DNA of 64,000 nt from Mageeibacillus sp. UBA5438 (lineage in GTDB: Bacteria > Bacillota > Clostridia > Saccharofermentanales > DTU023): NCBI GenBank assembly GCA_002427535.1, contig DIRK01000047.1:1267-65266 (forward strand). The letters run 5' to 3'. Of this stretch, positions 58,327 to 64,000 are shown in pieces; within the stretch, counting starts at the first letter, position 1, and every line of letters begins with the position of its first letter. Position numbers and translations under genes: made by a program. The notes under the pieces are model-generated. The model had not been told where the DNA came from and did not search any database. It worked only from the letters and a program-made list of their open reading frames with translations.

Positions 58327-58865
58327 GTCGAATCAAGAATGTCGTTGTAAATGCCCTTTCCCCGTGGAGGAGTCTTAGTCCTCTTACCTCGCCGTCCTGG
58401 GACGGTCGAACATTTATTCTTATTCGTTTCATGCCCAATAACTTTTCGGTTTCTCTTTCTCGTATCCGATCGTGGTAGTCAGCCATGTCATTGCATTTCT
58501 TGCCCACTGTCCACTGCTCATGGAGCTCCAATAAAAGAGCGCCCGTTAAGCGCGTCAGACCTTCTTCGTTAGGAAAGATCCGGGATTCCTATGTGCGTGG
58601 TAAGCCCGCGTGCACGGTAACCGTTACGATACGTTTGGCGTTCTTCACTTCGTTCGTACAAGCTTCGCTCCGATCTGGCTTTCTGCCTCCGCATTCAAGA
58701 CCGCGTTAAAAACCCGCTCGAGTAATGGCGAAGTGCATCGCTATCCCCTTTTTCGCCATCCTATTCAATACATCCGATGTTTTACATTAGCCGCATCCTA
58801 CAGGACGGGGATGAGGTGGCTCTTTTTGTGCCAAGCAGTTAACACAACTTTATAGGACACTATCA
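58327..58865 (-). mobile_element. internally deleted IS256-family element (MITE-like), copy 1
   Basis: Minus-strand frames give LERVFNAVLNAEAESQIGA and ERSEERQTYRNGYRARGLTTHIG (IS256 Tnp N-terminus). These are fused out of frame to RIFPNEEGLTRLTGALLLELHEQWTVGKK (Tnp C-terminus). The DDE core is absent. ~92% identical to 59947-60485. Confidence 0.72.
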
Positions 58866-59924
58866 TTAGTCTCCTTCTTCCTGCTTATTATCAGCACTGT
58901 TTCTTACGGCCTTCTTCGCATTCTTTTCTATTTCTTTAACCGTGTCCAGGTAGGCTTCCTCAACAGGCGATATTGTTTTAACCTGATATTTTCTGTACTC
59001 TGCCTTGGCCTTATCGAGTGCCTGTTCTCGACTTATCTTTCCAGCTCCCCGCAACAAGGCTCTGTCACCTGAACCTAAGATACGATCGAGTAGTTCAAGA
59101 TAATCACGCATATACATAGGTTTCTGGTCCATGGCATTGATTTCCGCCAAGTCAAAATAACCCGAGACGAGATTATTTAAAATCTTCAGCTCATTTTCGC
59201 TCAAATAATTCTTAGCTATTCGAATATCTTTTAAGGCGGGCAACTCACCTTGAAAAGTTGTCAGTCCCATGAAGGGTTTTTCGCTGTTTGCTCGCTCATA
59301 GATTATCTCTGCTGCCGTGCGGCCATGAGTAGCATAATGGAGCTTGTTTTGCACAATAGCAAAGAATTTGATTGATTCTTCACTTTTCGGATTGTAATCA
59401 ACGCTGGTGGCGTAAAGATCCAGTACTTGACGGTAAAGAACTTTCTCTGAAGAGCGAATATCCCGGATGCGGCCAAGCAACTCTTTCCAATAGTTGCCGC
59501 CGGCATTTCCTTTAAGCCGCTCATCGTCCAGAGTAAAGCCTTTAATCATATACTCTTTCAATCTGGTAGTCGCCCACTGACGAAAGCGTGTGGCTACAAG
59601 AGACTTTATTCGGTAGCCAAGAGAGATGATCATATCGAGATTATAGTGAGGGATTCTCCGTGCAACCTCTCTTTTACCCTCCGTTCGAACCTGTCGGAAT
59701 TCCCGACAAGTCGCTTTTTCTTCCAGTTCCCCATCTGAATAAATGTTTTTAATATGCTCTACAACGTTTGTCCGGCTGGACTGAAATAGCTCTGCCATCT
59801 GCTGCTGAGTAAGCCACACCGTCTCATCTTCCAGTCGCACATCAATTTTTGCAGAACCGTCCTCAGCTTGATAGATGATGATTTTGCTGTTACTGTCGCT
59901 GTTACTATTTTCTACTGATTCCAC
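58866..59924 (-). CDS. rhuM: RhuM-family protein
   Basis: 352 aa with GTG start behind AAGGGGGAG. IIIYQAEDGSAKIDVRLEDETVWLTQQQMAELFQSSRTNVVEHIKNIY and MIISLGYRIKSLVATRFRQWAT are hallmark RhuM sequences. Confidence 0.85.
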   Translation of the reverse strand: MESVENSNSDSNSKIIIYQAEDGSAKIDVRLEDETVWLTQQQMAELFQSSRTNVVEHIKNIYSDGELEEKATCREFRQVRTEGKREVARRIPHYNLDMIISLGYRIKSLVATRFRQWATTRLKEYMIKGFTLDDERLKGNAGGNYWKELLGRIRDIRSSEKVLYRQVLDLYATSVDYNPKSEESIKFFAIVQNKLHYATHGRTAAEIIYERANSEKPFMGLTTFQGELPALKDIRIAKNYLSENELKILNNLVSGYFDLAEINAMDQKPMYMRDYLELLDRILGSGDRALLRGAGKISREQALDKAKAEYRKYQVKTISPVEEAYLDTVKEIEKNAKKAVRNSADNKQEEGD

Positions 59925-59946
59925 TATTTACTCCCCCTTAAAGCAA

Positions 59947-60485
59947 GTCGAGTCCAGACTGTTGGTGTAAATGCCCTTTCCCCGTAGAGGAGTCTTAGTC
60001 CTCTTACCTTCACGTCCTAGGACGGTCGAACATTTATTCTTATTTGTTTCATGCCCTATAACTTCTCGGTTTCTCTTTCTCGCATCCAATCGTGGTAGTC
60101 AGCCATGTCATTGTATTTCTTGCCCACTGTCCACTGCTCATGGAGCTCCAATAAAAGAGCGCCCATTAAGCGCGTCATACTTTCTTCTTTAGGAAAGATC
60201 CGGGATTCCTATGTGCGTGGTAAGCCCGCGTGCACGGTAACCGTTACGATACGTTTGGCGTTCTTCACTTCGTTCGTACAAGCTTAGCTCCGATCTGGCT
60301 TTCTGCCTCCGCATTCAAGACCGCGTTAAAGACCCGCTCGAGTAATGGGCGTAGTGCATCGCTATCTCCTTTTTCGCCATCCTATTCAATACATCCAATG
60401 TTTACATTAATCACATTCTACAGGAAGAGAATGACGTGGCTCTTTTTGTGGCAAGCAATTTACACCACTTTACGGGACACTATCA
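59947..60485 (-). mobile_element. internally deleted IS256-family element (MITE-like), copy 2
   Basis: Same 539-nt unit and orientation as copy 1, offset exactly 1620 nt. The ends share an inverted GGTGTAAAT core. Abuts the tRNA-Leu terminator U-tract. Confidence 0.72.
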
Positions 60486-60526
60486 AAAAACCACCTGCTG
60501 ACAAAATTTCTTTTATCAACAGATGG
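60486..60526 (-). terminator. rho-independent terminator after tRNA-Leu
   Basis: Minus strand: CCATCTGTTGA-14 nt loop-TCAGCAGGTGG (11-bp stem including two G-U pairs) followed by TTTTT(T). Starts 8 nt after the tRNA CCA end. Confidence 0.7.
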
Positions 60527-60534
60527 TATTTTTT

Positions 60535-60617
60535 TGGTGCGGACAACAGGACTCGAACCTGCATGGTTTCCCACTGGAACCTAAATCCAGCGTGTCTGCC
60601 AATTCCACCATGTCCGC
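60535..60617 (-). tRNA. tRNA-Leu (anticodon UAG), CCA-encoded
   Basis: Hand-folded 83 nt: GCGGACA acceptor pairs with TGTCCGC. Anticodon arm is CTGGA-TTTAGGT-TCCAG. Long variable arm, GGTTCGAGTCC T-loop, ACCA 3' end. TATAAT box lies 8 nt upstream of the 5' end. Confidence 0.9.
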
Positions 60618-60683
60618 GCTTATCTATTATAATCGAACAAACAAGACAGCTCGTCATTACCTCCTTATGTATTTATGTTAAGG

Positions 60684-62495
60684 CTAATCTCCTAAGCGGA
60701 GCACACTCATGAACGCTTCCTGCGGAACCTCGACACTCCCGACCTGTCGCATGCGTTTCTTGCCTTCTTTTTGCTTTTCCAAAAGCTTCTTCTTGCGTGA
60801 GATGTCACCGCCGTAACACTTCGCTGTAACATCCTTGCGATATGCCCGAACCGTCTCTCGCGCAATAATGCGGCCGCCGACACTTGCCTGAATCGGAATC
60901 TCAAACTGCTGACGGGGGATATTCTCCCTTAACTTCTCCGCCATGGCCCGGCCGCGGCGGTAGGCGTCATCCCGGTGAAGAATAAAGGTCAAGGCATCGA
61001 CCTGCTCACCATTAATCATCATGTCAAGTTTCACCAAGTCCGACACCTGCCAATCTTTAAACTCATAGTCAAGCGAGGCATAACCTTTAGAATTCGATTT
61101 TAAAGCGTCAAAGAAATCGTAAATGATCTCATTTAAAGGCATGTCATAGTGAAGGTTCACGCGATTTTCATCCACATACTCCGTATTGACATAGACGCCG
61201 CGATAATTATGACAGAGCTCCATGACATTCCCGATATAATCCTTCGGCGTCATGATCGACGCTGAGACGACCGGCTCTTCAATGCTCTGTATCCTTTCAG
61301 GGTTCGGCATATTCGTCGGATTCTCCAGCATCATCTGCTCACCGTCCACCAAGTTCAAGCGGTAAGCAACCGAAGGGGCAGTGGAGATGAGATCGAGATC
61401 AAATTCGCGCTCTAAACGCTCCTGAATAATCTCATAGTGCAAGAGTCCCAAAAAACCGCAACGAAAACCAAAACCCAGGGCGGTGGACGTCTCTGGCTCA
61501 AAGGAGAGTGCCGCGTCGTTCAGCTGCAAACGCTCCAAGGCATCCCGAAGGTCAGGGTAATCCGCGCCATCCACCGGGTACATCCCGCAAAACACCATCT
61601 GGCGCACCGGATGGTAACCGGGGAGGGGTTCTTCGGCCGGATTTTCGGCCAAGGTAATCGTATCCCCGGGAGCGGTATCGCGCACATTTTTAATGCTGGC
61701 GGTGACAAAACCCACGTCGCCCGCGTAAAGCGCTTCTTTTCCTTCCATCGCCGTCGGTGAAAAAGTGCCGAGCGAGGTGACCGTAAAACGCTTTTTCGAA
61801 TGCATCATGAGGATCTCATCGCCCAAAGACAATTTACCCTCGCGGACGTTCACATGCGTAATGACACCGAGATAGGCGTCGTAAATCGAGTCAAAGATTA
61901 AAGCGCGCAACGGCTTTTCAGTGTCACCTTCCGGAGACGGCAGATACTCTGCGATCTTTTCAAGTACTTCATCAATATTGATGTCATTTTTGGCAGAAAT
62001 AAGGGGTGCGTAAGACGCATCGATCCCGATGACCTCTTCAATTTCATGGCGCACTTCCTCAGGCCTTGCGGAATTCAGGTCAATCTTATTGATCACGGGC
62101 AACACTTCCAACCCCGCGTCAATCGCAAGGTAGGCATTGGCCAACGTCTGAGCCTCCACGCCCTGCGAAGCATCCACAATAAGGATGGCACCGTCACAGG
62201 CCGCCAATGAGCGCGAGACCTCATAGTTAAAATCCACGTGACCGGGGGTGTCAATCAGGTTGTAGACGTATTGTTCACCGTCTTTCGCCGTATATTCCAT
62301 ACGCACGGCGCGTGCTTTAATCGTGATGCCCCGCTCGCGTTCAATATCCATATTGTCAAGCAATTGATCGAGTTTTTCACGCGACGAAATCGCCCCCGTA
62401 TGTTCAATCAGGCGATCTGCCAGGGTCGATTTGCCGTGATCGATATGCGCAATCACACAGAAATTTCGAATATTCTTTCTTAAGACTCGTTTCAT
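60684..62495 (-). CDS. lepA: translation elongation factor 4 (LepA)
   Basis: 603 aa with [22 protein letters not shown]1 motif, DTPGHVDF, and the characteristic LepA C-terminal domain. Confidence 0.97.
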   Translation of the reverse strand: MKRVLRKNIRNFCVIAHIDHGKSTLADRLIEHTGAISSREKLDQLLDNMDIERERGITIKARAVRMEYTAKDGEQYVYNLIDTPGHVDFNYEVSRSLAACDGAILIVDASQGVEAQTLANAYLAIDAGLEVLPVINKIDLNSARPEEVRHEIEEVIGIDASYAPLISAKNDINIDEVLEKIAEYLPSPEGDTEKPLRALIFDSIYDAYLGVITHVNVREGKLSLGDEILMMHSKKRFTVTSLGTFSPTAMEGKEALYAGDVGFVTASIKNVRDTAPGDTITLAENPAEEPLPGYHPVRQMVFCGMYPVDGADYPDLRDALERLQLNDAALSFEPETSTALGFGFRCGFLGLLHYEIIQERLEREFDLDLISTAPSVAYRLNLVDGEQMMLENPTNMPNPERIQSIEEPVVSASIMTPKDYIGNVMELCHNYRGVYVNTEYVDENRVNLHYDMPLNEIIYDFFDALKSNSKGYASLDYEFKDWQVSDLVKLDMMINGEQVDALTFILHRDDAYRRGRAMAEKLRENIPRQQFEIPIQASVGGRIIARETVRAYRKDVTAKCYGGDISRKKKLLEKQKEGKKRMRQVGSVEVPQEAFMSVLRLGD

Positions 62496-62535
62496 GGGTC
62501 TTCGTGTTTCCTTATTCTAGCCTCCGGATACGTTT

Positions 62536-63144
62536 TTACCGAGGTTTACCAATTTTGTCAAGCGGATAGAAGCGAACGAGCAAACGCCCTTCAATATCTT
62601 TGCGAGAAATGGGGCCTATATCGCGGCTATCGCGGCTTTTTGTCCGATTGTCCCCCATAAGATAATATTCATCCTCTCCCAATTCCACCACCGCATACTC
62701 TGCCACATGTTCGTAAGTCATGAGCCCTTCTTCCAGGTAGGGCTCTTCCAAAAGGACCCCGTCAATGAACACCTGTCCACCCCTGATCGCGACGCGTTCA
62801 CCGGGAAGTCCGATGACCCTTTTAATAATCACCGTCTCGTCGCGTTCCCCCAGCACATGATGCGAATCGGCCGTCACGATATCACCGCGCCCGATGCCAT
62901 TCGGGAAAAGCCGGGTGATCTTTTCAACGAACACCTCATCATGGTCTTCTAACGTCGGACTCATCGACACACCGATCACGGTGTTTCGCTGCAGGACAAA
63001 CTGCGTGATCAGGAGCACGATCCCAAAACAGACAAAAATCATGAGAAGAAGCCCTAATAGCTTACGTCCCAAGCTCTCCTCTTTTACCGGTTGGTCGGTA
63101 TTTTGATGTTCATCTGTCATGTCAGCGTCGCGATCCAATCCCAT
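62536..63144 (-). CDS. lepB: signal peptidase I
   Basis: 202 aa. N-terminal TM, catalytic Ser box GVSMSPTL, Lys box IIKRVIGLPGE, and [15 protein letters not shown]. Confidence 0.92.
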   Translation of the reverse strand: MGLDRDADMTDEHQNTDQPVKEESLGRKLLGLLLMIFVCFGIVLLITQFVLQRNTVIGVSMSPTLEDHDEVFVEKITRLFPNGIGRGDIVTADSHHVLGERDETVIIKRVIGLPGERVAIRGGQVFIDGVLLEEPYLEEGLMTYEHVAEYAVVELGEDEYYLMGDNRTKSRDSRDIGPISRKDIEGRLLVRFYPLDKIGKPR

Positions 63145-63146
63145 CT

Positions 63147-63785
63147 TTACGGTGTCCCAATTCTATCAAAGGGATAAAAACGAAAAATCATGCGTCCTTC
63201 AACATCACGCAAAGCAAAGGGTCCCATACTGCGGCTGTCGTGACTTACCGAGCGATTATCGCCCATCAGGTAGTATTCATCCGCGGCCAATATCACATTG
63301 GCAAATCGCACATCTCTTATCTCGGTCAAGACACCTTCGGGAAGGTAGGGTTCGTTAAGCATGATCCCATCGATAAAGACATTCCCACCACTCAGAATTA
63401 CGTGCTCCAAAGGAAGCCCCACCACACGCTTAATAATGTATTTTTCTTCCTCACTATCCGTGCGGCCCCGCATATCGACCGTGACAATATCGCCTCTTTT
63501 TAACCCGCCCGAGAGGTGCTTTGAAATTTTCTCCACGAAAATCCCGTCCCGTTGTTCCAATGTGGGCAGCATAGACGATCCGACGACCGTATTATGCTGC
63601 AGGGCAAAGGATCGGATCAGGAACACAAGCGCGAAAGCCATGATAAATGTCAGGAAAAAACCGACAAGCTGTCGTCCAAAAGAGGGCGGCTTCTTGTTTT
63701 TTGCTTTTGGAGACCTCAAATGAAGGCCGTCAAAATACGCCTCCAAATTGTCTTGACATGCTAGATTGTCGGGCCTTTTATTCAT
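63147..63785 (-). CDS. lepB: signal peptidase I (second tandem paralogue)
   Basis: 212 aa with [19 protein letters not shown] and [15 protein letters not shown]. 2-nt gap to the downstream paralogue. Confidence 0.92.
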   Translation of the reverse strand: MNKRPDNLACQDNLEAYFDGLHLRSPKAKNKKPPSFGRQLVGFFLTFIMAFALVFLIRSFALQHNTVVGSSMLPTLEQRDGIFVEKISKHLSGGLKRGDIVTVDMRGRTDSEEEKYIIKRVVGLPLEHVILSGGNVFIDGIMLNEPYLPEGVLTEIRDVRFANVILAADEYYLMGDNRSVSHDSRSMGPFALRDVEGRMIFRFYPFDRIGTP

Positions 63786-64000
63786 GCTTCGTCCGGATCC
63801 TTTTTGGCGATGGCAAGGCCAAGTTCATCTAATTGCTTTTGCGCCACATAATAAGGCGCGCCCGTCATCACGGATGAAGAATTTTGTATTTTCGGGAAGG
63901 CGATCACCTCGCGAATACTCTCCTCGCCCACAAGCAACATCACGATGCGGTCAAGGCCGTAAGCCAACCCGCCGTGCGGCGGCACCCCGAAACGGAAGGC
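63782..64000 (-). CDS. aspS: aspartate--tRNA ligase, C-terminal end (gene continues beyond the window)
   Basis: [37 protein letters not shown] is class II aaRS motif 3 of AspRS. The frame is open to the window edge. Confidence 0.85.
   Translation of the reverse strand, partial: AFRFGVPPHGGLAYGLDRIVMLLVGEESIREVIAFPKIQNSSSVMTGAPYYVAQKQLDELGLAIAKKDPDEA

Noticed and set aside
58351-58855. Plus-strand ORFs conserved in both repeat copies: 58351-58572 / 59971-60192, 58485-58709 / 60105-60287, and 58610-58855 / 60230-60712.
   Set aside because: They are antisense to recognisable IS256 transposase remnants. Their conservation simply reflects the DNA repeat. One of them (60230-60712) also runs through the tRNA-Leu gene and its terminator.
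58319-60493. Target-site duplications flanking the IS256-derived copies or the whole composite.
   Set aside because: With my boundaries the 8-nt flanks (gcgttata / ttagtctc; taaagcaa / aaaaacca) do not match in any combination. The ends are uncertain by a few nt, so no claim is made.

Overview
Bacterial chromosomal window, Bacillota/Clostridia-like by gene order, with nearly all genes on the minus strand. 184-5931: PHP phosphoesterase, pncB, truA, ecfT and a fused ecfA-ecfA' gene. 6036-22065: complete S10-spc-alpha ribosomal super-operon (rpsJ to rplQ, including secY, adk, map, a KOW protein, infA, rpmJ, rpoA). Several of its proteins carry unusual extensions: an acidic tail on L16, an N-terminal extension on L22, an insertion in L17 and a Zn-ribbon in L24. 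22356-28070: envelope cluster of S41 protease, catalytically intact M23 peptidase, ftsX, ftsE with a ~100-aa tail, and a translationally coupled PucR-type regulator. This is followed by fhs and a Crp/Fnr regulator. 30860-34049 (+): SIMPL protein, adenine deaminase and C-N hydrolase, then a decayed radical-SAM gene remnant. 34457-45599: an 11-kb peptide uptake/degradation cluster (TetR, DPP4-like S9 peptidase, oppABCDF, DUF3899-like protein, second S9 peptidase). 45823-48214 (+): Ric-like small protein, P1B-4-like P-type ATPase with an atypical CPG motif, and a stand-alone HMA protein. 48195-51189: an opine-dehydrogenase-family enzyme translationally coupled to a 637-aa B12-binding-domain protein of unknown function. 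This pair is my top candidate for something undescribed. 51321-54788: YknXYZ/MacAB-like efflux system. 54849-56740: YczE-like membrane protein and class V aminotransferase. 56863-60617: small accessory islet beside tRNA-Leu(UAG), holding a SEC-C-motif protein and a rhuM gene bracketed exactly by two ~92% identical 539-bp internally deleted IS256-family elements. 60684-64000: lepA, two tandem signal peptidase I genes and the 3' end of aspS. I saw no rRNA, CRISPR array or prophage. All family calls rest on motif recognition by eye, and no database search was possible.
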